Of a stretch of DNA of 53,586 nt, positions 20,360 through 30,254 are shown piece after piece. Origin of the DNA: Promethearchaeota archaeon (GTDB taxonomy: Archaea; Asgardarchaeota; Lokiarchaeia; Sigyniarchaeales; SOKP01). A program made the position numbers and the translations under genes. The notes beneath the pieces were generated by a model. It was given only the letters and a program-made list of their open reading frames with translations, had not been told where the DNA came from and searched no databases. Location: positions 1-53,586 of the forward strand of contig JAHLWH010000033.1 of NCBI GenBank assembly GCA_019058015.1, read 5' to 3'. Numbering within the stretch: position 1 is the stretch's first letter; every line of letters begins with the position of its first letter.

Positions 20360-21484
20360 GTGGATAAAATAATCATAATCCGATGGGATACCCAACTAGG
20401 ACCTCAGCCGATAATACAATATCCACCAGCAAAGGAAATGCCTAAGAAAGATTTGTTTGTAAAAATTTGGGCAAAATATGAATTACAAAAAGAAAAATCT
20501 ATCATCATGCTTACAATAGAAGACGTAGATAAAAAAGATAAAAATTATTTGACAGTTACTCAACAATATGAAGGAGAATTATATTTTTTTATTCTCGAGA
20601 TTGAGAGATTACAAAAAGACCAAAATTTTGAAGATTATTCTGAAATATTAGGGTCTATTAGCAAAAACCTTATTGAATTAATTCATTCTGATAAATTTAT
20701 GAGAGCTCTATCCGAAGGATATAATCAAATTAAAGGTTTTGTTAAATTAGAAAAAGAACAAAACATAATTAATATATTTAAAGATAAAATAAAAACTCAT
20801 ATTTTAAAAGTTCTTGAAAATGGAGTGATTTCAAAAGCTGAATTAATTAATAAATTAAAGGAAAATTATGGGTTTTCTGGTGAAAATATTGATTTATTAT
20901 TATCTTCATTTTTAAAGGAAGGGTTAATTCTTAAAAAAGATTTACCTGGAATTAAAGAATGTATATTTCTAGTTAAAGACTTAATATGTATAAAAATTCC
21001 ACCAAATCTTACGACTCTAAATCTAGGTAATAAGAAAATAGCCGGAAAAAAGCTTAAAGCAAGTTTTAAGAGATTCTATAAAGATTACATAAATAAATTA
21101 AAAATATTTTTCACTAATTTTGATATTATAAGTGAAATTAAAGATAATGTGTTATATGCACTTTTCTTTAATGAAAATATTTATAATCTGATAAAATCAT
21201 TAAGAGAAACAAATATTCCAGTTGAAAAAGCATTAATAATTTTAGAAGATAAACAAGAATTATTTGATGATCTTTTGGATAAAACGATTATTCTTGAAAG
21301 AAAAGGTATGATATATCTATTTTCTGATATAAGGTTTGTTAGCTTCCTTCCAATTTTTATTCTTAAAAATCTCAAGGAGCGGTATGATAATTTGGAAATC
21401 ACAATAGACCAATATGTTACTCATATTGAAATTCTTCTAAACGAATTAAATAAAGAAAAAAAAGAAATTTATACTATTATATGA
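20360..21484 (+). CDS. Hypothetical protein with an N-terminal longin/uDENN-like domain and a probable winged helix
   Basis: IIIIRWDTQLGPQPIIQYP start; ILKVLENGVISKAELINKL...LLSSFLKEGLILK wHTH-like segment. Confidence 0.55.
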   Translation: MDKIIIIRWDTQLGPQPIIQYPPAKEMPKKDLFVKIWAKYELQKEKSIIMLTIEDVDKKDKNYLTVTQQYEGELYFFILEIERLQKDQNFEDYSEILGSISKNLIELIHSDKFMRALSEGYNQIKGFVKLEKEQNIINIFKDKIKTHILKVLENGVISKAELINKLKENYGFSGENIDLLLSSFLKEGLILKKDLPGIKECIFLVKDLICIKIPPNLTTLNLGNKKIAGKKLKASFKRFYKDYINKLKIFFTNFDIISEIKDNVLYALFFNENIYNLIKSLRETNIPVEKALIILEDKQELFDDLLDKTIILERKGMIYLFSDIRFVSFLPIFILKNLKERYDNLEITIDQYVTHIEILLNELNKEKKEIYTII

Positions 21485-21502
21485 CAGAAAAATTTTAGTA
21501 AA

Positions 21503-22096
21503 TTATTGTGGTTTTGCCAATATCGCTTTTACTCGCAATGTATCAAACATACTCGTAGGAGCAGGTCTAATTAAACATACTGTATCTGCACCACGCCCTG
21601 TTCCTCCAATACAGATAATATCCTTATCTAGGGCTCTTATTAACCCAGCGTCCACCGCCATTGAGGCAATTTCTATACAAACCTTTGTACCTTGGCTAAA
21701 GTTTTCACGTAGAAAATATGCCATCATTTCGACAAAACACCATTGATTCATTTTCATTCTAATATTTCGCTCTATTCCCGCCATAGCATGAGTCCCTGAA
21801 AAAATCTTTAGGCCTTTTTTTCTTAATTCTTCCATTTTTAATTCATCGAATTCTTGGGGCACTGATTTTTCACCTCTGACTACAAAATGATAAGTGTGGG
21901 TAATTAAAACTAAATTATATTGAGTTGGATCAAAAATATCAAGAATTTTTTCCGCAGTTGTTCCAGTAGTACTTGCAAAAACTATATCTTTAATATTTAA
22001 TAAATCAGCATATTTTTTAGCAATCTGAAGCGCTTTCTCAGTATTGGCTGGTCCAGGTTTCTCAAAAATTGTAATTTCAATATTTAAATCCGGCAT
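21503..22096 (-). CDS. Pyruvate kinase C-terminal alpha/beta domain-like protein (MTH1675/COG1751 family)
   Basis: FEKPGPANT, ASTTGTTA, FSQGTKVCIEI..MAVDAG, IGGTGRGADT. Confidence 0.88.
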   Translation of the reverse strand: MPDLNIEITIFEKPGPANTEKALQIAKKYADLLNIKDIVFASTTGTTAEKILDIFDPTQYNLVLITHTYHFVVRGEKSVPQEFDELKMEELRKKGLKIFSGTHAMAGIERNIRMKMNQWCFVEMMAYFLRENFSQGTKVCIEIASMAVDAGLIRALDKDIICIGGTGRGADTVCLIRPAPTSMFDTLRVKAILAKPQ

Positions 22097-22202
22097 TCAA
22101 TAACACCTTCTATGTTTAATATTTTTTAAATTATGATATTTAAATATAATAATAAGAATAATTTTTAATGTTTATAATTAATTAAAATAATCTAAAATAA
22201 AT

Positions 22203-22421
22203 TTATTGATGTCGATTGTATAACCTTATGCCAATAATCCCTATTATAATTAAGAGGGAATAAAGAATCATCGGAAATCCATAAAATTCTTGAAGAGTAA
22301 AATAGAAATAAGCAAGAATTATTAAGCTAAAGAATATAACAAATAAACATATTCCATAAAAGATACGATCAAAAATTATTTCTTTACGTAGTCTTTTTCT
22401 CATACGTAGTCTTTTTCTCAT
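22203..22421 (-). CDS. Small two-TM membrane protein
   Basis: Basic N-terminus followed by two hydrophobic helices; GGAG RBS-like sequence upstream. Confidence 0.65.
   Translation of the reverse strand: MRKRLRMRKRLRKEIIFDRIFYGICLFVIFFSLIILAYFYFTLQEFYGFPMILYSLLIIIGIIGIRLYNRHQ
22385..22420. repeat. Perfect 18-bp tandem duplication (TACGTAGTCTTTTTCTCA x2)
   Basis: Units 22385-22402 and 22403-22420; gives MRKRLR-MRKRLR. Confidence 0.95.
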
Positions 22422-22476
22422 ATTAAATACTCCTTAAACCTAATTCTATTTCATTATTTTTCTTTTAATAATATTT

Positions 22477-25400
22477 TTAATAATGTTCGCCTATATCCTC
22501 TCCAAACTTTTTTAAATCATCTAATAACAAACCAATTCGCTTCCTATTTGATAATAATAGCCTTATTTTATCGATTTCCTTTATATCCGGCATTCCAATA
22601 CCTAATCTCATCTGTTTAAATAAAGTATTTGCCTGATTTATATAGGTTCTTGCTTGATTTAATAATTTACCTTCTAATGGCGTTATTGAAAGGCGTCTCT
22701 TTAATTTTGAAAAATTATAAACCCAAAGCAATCCCGTCATTCCGATAATCATACAGATAGCTATTATATCAAAAATATGAGAATATCTAGGATTAGGATA
22801 TTCATATTCTTCATATGGTGGCTCGGGATCTTGAGATATAATAGTAAATTTGAATGTTAGTGTTTCCGCAGCTAATTCTGGATGATCCAAAAGTAAAACA
22901 AAATAATAATCACCTGTTTTATCATACCAAGTAGTATCAAAATAGACCATGAAGTTCCCAGGCTGTGTTTCAAACATCGGGAGGATCGGTATTTCGAAAC
23001 CCATTAATGAGGCGTTTATCATTGTCCCGTCTTCATATACATATCCTGAAATAAAGAATAAATCATCATCTAAATACTCTTTTATCTCATCATAATTCAA
23101 TAAACTCGCAGTTAAATATATTTTATCCCCCGTTTTAACTGTATTATTTCTGACAGATAAATTAAAGTCGTAAAATTTGTCAAACGCCCATTTTCCAATA
23201 TTTTGGGTAAATTTACTGTTATCATAGCTCTCAAGCCCAGAAATTCCAAACATATCCTTATCTCCTATGGCTAAAACTCTTCCTTTTCCATATGTTGCTA
23301 ATGCAATATAATCGCATAATAAATCTACATTCTCGGAATTAGGATTTAAATTTTCAATATTAACCGGATCTTGTAATTTAATAGTGCCTATATCATCAAA
23401 AAGGTTATATAAATTGGTGCGATTATTACTAGATATAAACTTTTTACCTGAATTATATCCGGAAGTAGTAAGATTAAAATTTGATAAGAGATCATTAATT
23501 GTAGTAATATTATTTTCAAATTCATTTTCAATAAAGAAGATTAGCACTCCACCATTTTCAACCCATTCTATAATATCGTCAGTTTCATTTATTGAATAAG
23601 CTGATTCTGGATCATTTAAAATGAGTACATCGAAAAGTTGGAGAATATCGTGATTTATGTAATTCGTAGTGATAAAATCATTTTCTAGGTAATATGCGCC
23701 GAGAACACTTCCTAATAAATTCTCCATTCCTTCCATATCTTCAGTTATCGAACCCAGATTCAAAGCTGCCAATTCATATTCAATACCTGGCATAAGCGTC
23801 ATAATTATTGCACCCTTGGGGCTCAAATTACCCCATAACTCACGCAATCCATAAAAATTCCCATAAGGATGGTCATATCTTTCATCCCATTCAAAATTTA
23901 TATCAGTTCCATTCATATATAGTGTTATATTATTATGAACTACGTCAAAAAGTGCTCTTCCACGATAATCACTTATAGTAAAATTTATTAAAAGATCATA
24001 AAATTTCACATTTTGTGAATAAAATGAAATATTAAATGCAATTTCTCCCGGTCTCGATATTGGAGGTGCCATAACAAATAATGGGATGCAAAAATAGGGA
24101 TCAACAAGATCATAATTTAAAGTTTTATTAAAAGTCATATCAACAGTAAATGCTGGGTCGGTTTGATTATTATCTTTATTTCCGAACCCTGTTAACAGAT
24201 CTGATAATCCTGCGCTAAAATTTAGCAGAATAAAATCACAAAATTGTTTCCCGAAATCGTCTATTGTAACAAATAAATCCGGAATCTCAGTTAATGAGTA
24301 AATCGTAATATTATAAATACCAAGATCTCCGGGAAACCATATTTTAAAGGGGATTTGGTCAATTTTTCCAGGTGATATGAATAAGGAATTCAAATTCCAA
24401 TTTTGATATTGAATATAATCAATGATATAAATGTTGCGAACTAAGTAATTATTAAAAAGCATCGAATCAATATTAGATGCGAAGAGTCCCATAGCGGGTT
24501 CAATTAAACTAATAACTAGTTCTAAACCTAAAATCCAGCCACAAGTATAGACTCCTACGCTTGTTGGCGTCCAATTAGCGTTAAATTCTAGAATATCAAA
24601 TGGTTTAAGGTTTTCTATGAGAAAAATAACAGAAAAAACTTCTAAAACACCATAATCGTTCGTTTTATTAATAGCAAAGATGACTTCAGTTGAATTTACA
24701 AGTGTTGATCCAACATTCATTATTTTTACTGAGGATTCATATCTTTCATTAAGTTTCCCAATTCTAGAAAAGTCAACTTCAAGAACTATTAAGTCAGTTA
24801 CATTATTGTAAATTGTGATGTTCGAACTAATTTTTCTCATTTGATCAATCATTGCATTATAAGCAGAATTATTATCTATTCCAATGCCTGTTCCAAGTAT
24901 TGCTGTAAAATTGACTTGATCATTTGGCTCAAAATATTCCGATATATTCCAAATCATTGCAAATCCAGGATCTTCTAGATATTGCTCATATGTAGAGTCG
25001 TTCGCTAAATTATATGAAGTATCTTCTAAAGTTAAATCCATTATTAAATTAGTGCTATTTCCGATTTCCCAAGAACTCAAATTATGAGAAGTTGAATTAA
25101 ATCCGATAGCTGTAAAATTAGAAGTATAATCATAATATGTATTATTATTTTCATCATAGATATAAATTAGTTCATCATTTACATCATATTTACAAATATC
25201 ATCAAGAGATGCAGTATTAGACTCCATATAATTTGTCATATTTCCAGCAGTTTCATTTAAAAATAAATCAACTTTAAAAAATGAGACTAGTTGTAGATTG
25301 TTAATTTGGGAAAAACCTAAATTGAAAAAGTGCAAGTTAAATTGAAATGCGTTTATTCGATTGGTATAATTTTTAAAAACATAAGTATCTTCCACATATT

Positions 25401-27339
25401 CTGCTGAATAATCCCAAGATTCAACGATAGCTACTATATAGAGTTCACTATCCTCAACTTTTAAAATACTTAAATATCTTTTATACTTCTCCCAGCCAAC
25501 AGGTACTAGTGTTATTTGATGCATTTCACGGATAACAATAAATTCCGAGAACCAATTAGTTCTTGAGTTATTGTATCTTAATCCAAATTGATTTAAGAGT
25601 AAATGTATTGTCGTAAAATTATAATCAGAACCATTATTTATCATCAATATTGGAAGCATTATTTGGGAACTTAAAAGAGCTGAAATATCATATGCATGCA
25701 AATCTGAAGGCCGATTAATTGAATCTGCTAAGTTCATTGAATCTTGAGAATATATAATTCCAGGATAAATTAATGGAGCTGGTAAATTCAAGACATTATA
25801 TTGTTTTGCTGTAAAATAATCAAGTAGAAAGTTAAAAGCTGCATATATATTGATTAATCCGGCACCTACAGTATTCTTATCATTAGAAACTTGAATAGTT
25901 GTACTTACCAAAGCATATCTTAATAATTCAGGTGTTGCTAATGGAAATACTTCCAATAATAAGGCTATAGCACCACTTACTACAGCTGCTGCCGCACCTG
26001 TACCACTGGCCATTGTATAATTTTCATTAATTATAGTTCCATATTCTGGTTCTGGAAATGTCCCTTCCGGGATATAAAAATTTTCATACCCAAAATCATC
26101 AAGTGTATAACCTAGGATTGAAAAGTTTTCTAAAGAGCCAGAAAATATTTTTGATCTTGGACCAATTAGGTTTACACCAGGTGCAAGAATATCAGGACAC
26201 ATTCTAAAGTCTAAGGAGGGACCTCTACTACTAAAGTCTGCAGCGTTTTGGTTAGAGTGATTGTATGCACCAACTGTGATTGATTTTAATGCCATTCCAG
26301 GGGTATCTAAACTCAAATAACTACTCCCCTCATCTCCAGCTGGCGTAACTACAATAATACCTTTATCTACAATATTATTAATGGCTATTGATACAGGATC
26401 ATCATAAAAACCAGGAATACTAGCACAAAACAATAAAATATCCGCCCCATGTGCTAAAGACCACTCTATTCCTGAAATAATAAAAGACCAATAAGTAATA
26501 CCAATCGAATCATAAATTTTTACATTTAAATATGATGCGCCTGGAGCAATTCCCTTATATGAAGAGTTATATTTTCCTATTCCACAGGCGATTCCTGCAT
26601 GAAAAGTACCTCGCCCATTAAAATCAGAGTAATATAATGGTTCTTCTGGGACTAGGGAAACAGAACCGACCACCTTGGTCTTTAGAGTGGTATGATCTTC
26701 AGATGGGAAACCTAAGTCGCCATCATATTGACCAGTAATATCAACTCCGGTATCCAATACAGAAATTATAATATTGGATCCGTTATAACCTAAATCCCAT
26801 AAATCCGTAGCGCCAATGATCTCTGTAAAATTGCAAAATGAGTCAGAACTCCCACTATTTGCTTGTTTTATATAATTTTCAATATTTTGAGTTAATTCAA
26901 TTTTCCCGTTTTCCCAAATTGAAATTATATTTGGATAAATCGCAATTTTTTTAAGATCCGAGATATAACTTTTTAATAAAATGCCATCAATAATTGTATA
27001 TTTTTCTTTAATTTCGAACTGGATTTCATTCCATTTTAAATATAGTTCAAAATTTTTTAATTCATTTTGCTTTCCCCTTAAATAATCAAATAGAATTATT
27101 ACTTCAATTTTTTTATCATCTTCCAAGTTATTTTCAATTACATGAAAATATAATTCTTTCAATTTATCACTCAATTTTTCTATTGGATTTTTGAGAAGAA
27201 TTGAGTTGTCTTCCTCTGCAAAAGCGCTCAAATTTGTTGATTCTGAAAGCATTAAATTTGAAAGTAAAAATATCCAAAAAATAAATAACGTCAATAGATT
27301 TATTTTATTTTTTTTTTTAATTGACTTCCATCTCCCCAT
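22477..27339 (-). CDS. Large membrane-anchored S8 subtilase homolog, Site-1-protease-like architecture, probably catalytically inactive
   Basis: Signal/TM N-terminus, I9-like prodomain, VLDTGV, NGRGTFHAG, FSSRGP, PDILAPG, SGTGAA; then beta-rich region, GldG/IFT52/DUF4350-like domain, C-terminal TM and about 75-aa tail. Confidence 0.85.
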   Translation of the reverse strand: MGRWKSIKKKNKINLLTLFIFWIFLLSNLMLSESTNLSAFAEEDNSILLKNPIEKLSDKLKELYFHVIENNLEDDKKIEVIILFDYLRGKQNELKNFELYLKWNEIQFEIKEKYTIIDGILLKSYISDLKKIAIYPNIISIWENGKIELTQNIENYIKQANSGSSDSFCNFTEIIGATDLWDLGYNGSNIIISVLDTGVDITGQYDGDLGFPSEDHTTLKTKVVGSVSLVPEEPLYYSDFNGRGTFHAGIACGIGKYNSSYKGIAPGASYLNVKIYDSIGITYWSFIISGIEWSLAHGADILLFCASIPGFYDDPVSIAINNIVDKGIIVVTPAGDEGSSYLSLDTPGMALKSITVGAYNHSNQNAADFSSRGPSLDFRMCPDILAPGVNLIGPRSKIFSGSLENFSILGYTLDDFGYENFYIPEGTFPEPEYGTIINENYTMASGTGAAAAVVSGAIALLLEVFPLATPELLRYALVSTTIQVSNDKNTVGAGLINIYAAFNFLLDYFTAKQYNVLNLPAPLIYPGIIYSQDSMNLADSINRPSDLHAYDISALLSSQIMLPILMINNGSDYNFTTIHLLLNQFGLRYNNSRTNWFSEFIVIREMHQITLVPVGWEKYKRYLSILKVEDSELYIVAIVESWDYSAEYVEDTYVFKNYTNRINAFQFNLHFFNLGFSQINNLQLVSFFKVDLFLNETAGNMTNYMESNTASLDDICKYDVNDELIYIYDENNNTYYDYTSNFTAIGFNSTSHNLSSWEIGNSTNLIMDLTLEDTSYNLANDSTYEQYLEDPGFAMIWNISEYFEPNDQVNFTAILGTGIGIDNNSAYNAMIDQMRKISSNITIYNNVTDLIVLEVDFSRIGKLNERYESSVKIMNVGSTLVNSTEVIFAINKTNDYGVLEVFSVIFLIENLKPFDILEFNANWTPTSVGVYTCGWILGLELVISLIEPAMGLFASNIDSMLFNNYLVRNIYIIDYIQYQNWNLNSLFISPGKIDQIPFKIWFPGDLGIYNITIYSLTEIPDLFVTIDDFGKQFCDFILLNFSAGLSDLLTGFGNKDNNQTDPAFTVDMTFNKTLNYDLVDPYFCIPLFVMAPPISRPGEIAFNISFYSQNVKFYDLLINFTISDYRGRALFDVVHNNITLYMNGTDINFEWDERYDHPYGNFYGLRELWGNLSPKGAIIMTLMPGIEYELAALNLGSITEDMEGMENLLGSVLGAYYLENDFITTNYINHDILQLFDVLILNDPESAYSINETDDIIEWVENGGVLIFFIENEFENNITTINDLLSNFNLTTSGYNSGKKFISSNNRTNLYNLFDDIGTIKLQDPVNIENLNPNSENVDLLCDYIALATYGKGRVLAIGDKDMFGISGLESYDNSKFTQNIGKWAFDKFYDFNLSVRNNTVKTGDKIYLTASLLNYDEIKEYLDDDLFFISGYVYEDGTMINASLMGFEIPILPMFETQPGNFMVYFDTTWYDKTGDYYFVLLLDHPELAAETLTFKFTIISQDPEPPYEEYEYPNPRYSHIFDIIAICMIIGMTGLLWVYNFSKLKRRLSITPLEGKLLNQARTYINQANTLFKQMRLGIGMPDIKEIDKIRLLLSNRKRIGLLLDDLKKFGEDIGEHY

Positions 27340-29011
27340 TTTTATTTGTTTTTTTTTTTGCTTTATCTATTTCTGGCTTAACACTGCTCACGTATGTAAA
27401 ATAATCGATCATATCAATTGATACTTTAATATCTGCAGAGTCGATTGGGATGTGGTTCTCTTCAAGTGTTGCTAAGATAACATCCATTAATTTTTCTCGT
27501 TGCATATTTGAAAGCAATCTTATTCTTTCACCACGTTGTATAACAAAATCAATCTCTTTGATATCTTTTAAGATATCGAGTATATCAAGTTGTATGGTCT
27601 TGAATTCAATTTCTACTGCATAACCCTTTCCCGGTAATTTTTTTTTTAATTCTTCAGGAGTTCCAAAATCATAAAACCCGATATCCTTTAAAAATATAGC
27701 CGCTTTATCGCAGTATTCAATCTCATCCAAATAATGAGAGATAACCACTAAAGTAATATCATATTCTTTATTAATCAAATCCAAGTATTGCCAAAGTTCA
27801 TATCGAGCTTGAGGATCAAGACCAGAAGTTGGCTCATCCAAAAAAATAACATGAGGATTATGTACCATAGAAATCGCTATACTAACTCTTCTTTTTTGAC
27901 CACCAGAAAGTGAATCGACTGGTTGATTTGCAACATTAGCAATTCCCAGATCTTCTAAAATCTTTTTTCCGCGTTGAATTATTATGTCTTCGGGAATTCC
28001 GTATTGCCTACCGAAACTAACAATATTCTCTAATGCGTTAAAGTTTCCATACATTCTACTTAACTCTTGAGGAATGTATCCTATAAACGGAGAAACTGTC
28101 TTTGTATCTTTTGCATTATATCCAAATAGAGAAATTTTACCCTTATAATCATATTCTCCTAGAACTGCTTTTAATGTTGTACTTTTACCAGCTCCCGATT
28201 CTCCTATAATTCCTAAAATTTCTCCCCGATTCAATTCAAAATTTACATCATGAATTATAGTTCTACCTCCTAACTTGACGAATAAATCCTCTACTTCTAA
28301 TACTTTTTTACTGAGTGCAAGTTCTTCCCCAATTTGAAATGCTATATTTTGTGGTTGAACTTTTCCAATGTCAGATTTATTAGACACTTGAACAACCCAC
28401 TCTAAGCTAACAAATTCTTTAAATTCTTCATTTAATGGATTTTCTCGGTTAAATGCATCAAGCACTTCGATGATAAATTCTCTATTTTCCACCTTTTTAA
28501 TGGTCCCATAAACAACAACTTTTTCAGCTTTTTTTTCTGATAATAGAATTCCATCAATTAAACATGTAATTCGATATTTTGGTAGGAAACTTTCTAACCA
28601 CTCTATTGCGTTATGATATTCTTTACCTCTAAAGAAAATTAATTCTTGACGATCAACTTTAAAACTATTCCTTAAAACAAAAATACTTGGATATAATAAT
28701 AAACTTTCTTTAGTTTTTCTAAAGTTTCTTGGAATTTTTACTATATGTCTTCCAATGAGAATATTTTCAGAACCTAATTCACCTTCTTCTAACAATAGAT
28801 ACAATTCATCAGTAAAAATTTGGGATGTAAATTTTCTCAATAATGTACCTTTTGCTTTTATAAATTCTGAGTTAAACCAAGTCCCTGTAACCTCAATGTC
28901 AATTATATAATTTTGCCGATCTTTTAACCAAAGAAAAATCTCATTAAATTGGTTAGCTGAGAAGATTGCCTCCTCTATTAATTCCTCCACACCAACTTTT
29001 CTTATTGTCAT
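27317..29011 (-). CDS. ABC exporter ATP-binding protein with an about 235-aa N-terminal extension
   Basis: GESGAGKS, LSGGQ, FLDEPTSGLDP, SHYLDE. Confidence 0.92.
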   Translation of the reverse strand: MTIRKVGVEELIEEAIFSANQFNEIFLWLKDRQNYIIDIEVTGTWFNSEFIKAKGTLLRKFTSQIFTDELYLLLEEGELGSENILIGRHIVKIPRNFRKTKESLLLYPSIFVLRNSFKVDRQELIFFRGKEYHNAIEWLESFLPKYRITCLIDGILLSEKKAEKVVVYGTIKKVENREFIIEVLDAFNRENPLNEEFKEFVSLEWVVQVSNKSDIGKVQPQNIAFQIGEELALSKKVLEVEDLFVKLGGRTIIHDVNFELNRGEILGIIGESGAGKSTTLKAVLGEYDYKGKISLFGYNAKDTKTVSPFIGYIPQELSRMYGNFNALENIVSFGRQYGIPEDIIIQRGKKILEDLGIANVANQPVDSLSGGQKRRVSIAISMVHNPHVIFLDEPTSGLDPQARYELWQYLDLINKEYDITLVVISHYLDEIEYCDKAAIFLKDIGFYDFGTPEELKKKLPGKGYAVEIEFKTIQLDILDILKDIKEIDFVIQRGERIRLLSNMQREKLMDVILATLEENHIPIDSADIKVSIDMIDYFTYVSSVKPEIDKAKKKTNKNGEMEVN

Positions 29012-29053
29012 TTTTTATTCTTTTTATAATTTTTTATCCAATAAAATTTAAAT

Positions 29054-30235
29054 CTATAATAATACTTTTCTACGTTTGTAAAATAAATATGCTGCAAGAA
29101 ATAAAATGATGCATTCACCATATTGAATTAAATAATAAATTGGTTCAGATAAAGGTGATTGTCCTCTTAGTGAAATGGATACAATTAAATAATTGGCATT
29201 AGATAAGGGTAATAAACTTAAAATTAACTCATTTTGAACAAATAAAACACTAATTATTTGAAAAATAAAAACAAAAATAAAAAGCTGCAATGCTTCTAAG
29301 GGTTCTCTGGCTACAGAAGACATAAATAAACCGTATATAACTCCTAATAAAGCGCATAAGAATAAAATCCAGAAAAAATCAAAAACTGAGCCTCTTATTT
29401 GTAATCCAAGAAAATAAGATAATATTAAAAGAATTATAATTAAGAGTGTCATTGCAGTTTGCAATGAAATTAATTTTGAAAAGATTATTTCAAATTTATT
29501 GGCGGGTGTTAATGCCATTCTATCTTTAGGAATATCAGAAACAATTAATTGAGCACCCGTTAAAGATGCAATTGCAAATATAACCATTGGAAAGAATAAT
29601 GGTGCTCCAGAAAAAAGTTGTCTACCTGTTTCAGGGATATTTGCTTGAGTAATTTCATAGTTAAAGACCCCGGTAAATTTATTTTCTTCTCTAAAATCTT
29701 CAATTATTATATCAATTATACCTTGAGATGCTTGAAGCTTTGTGAGTTCTAAAATATCGATTACGACAAATAATATTGCTGGAAAATGAATTGATAAATT
29801 ATATTCAAACATCTCAGGAATGATTATATAAGCACTTATCACGCCTTTCCCTAACAAAATTTCTAATTCGGTTTGATTATTAGACTCGATAATCTCCACT
29901 TCTCCTGTTTCCTCATATTGACTACATTTATTTACAAACACTTTTGATAAATCAACATTTGGAAATCCTTCAGAATTGTCATCATCAATTAATCCAATGA
30001 TTGGAATCTCAAGTCCTCCACCCAACATTGAAGCTAAGCCTCCTCCTGCATCATCATCTCCCAGTCCACCACCTCCGAATACACCACCAAGAAAAAGAAC
30101 TAAAAAAATTGGTAAAGCAAAAATTATTAGCATTGCAAAAATATCCTTCATCAGTACTCTCAATTCTTTCAAATAAAGTCCTTGGATTCTAGAAATGCTT
30201 TTTGTTAATTTCTTTAGTTTTCCCATTGAGCTCAC
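29054..30235 (-). CDS. ABC-2-type permease with an extracytoplasmic domain
   Basis: LYLKELRVLMKD, TM1, large loop (IGLIDDDNS...AYIIIP.MF), then five TMs. Confidence 0.88.
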   Translation of the reverse strand: MSSMGKLKKLTKSISRIQGLYLKELRVLMKDIFAMLIIFALPIFLVLFLGGVFGGGGLGDDDAGGGLASMLGGGLEIPIIGLIDDDNSEGFPNVDLSKVFVNKCSQYEETGEVEIIESNNQTELEILLGKGVISAYIIIPEMFEYNLSIHFPAILFVVIDILELTKLQASQGIIDIIIEDFREENKFTGVFNYEITQANIPETGRQLFSGAPLFFPMVIFAIASLTGAQLIVSDIPKDRMALTPANKFEIIFSKLISLQTAMTLLIIILLILSYFLGLQIRGSVFDFFWILFLCALLGVIYGLFMSSVAREPLEALQLFIFVFIFQIISVLFVQNELILSLLPLSNANYLIVSISLRGQSPLSEPIYYLIQYGECIILFLAAYLFYKRRKVLL

Positions 30236-30254
30236 TTATATAAATGATTTTTTT

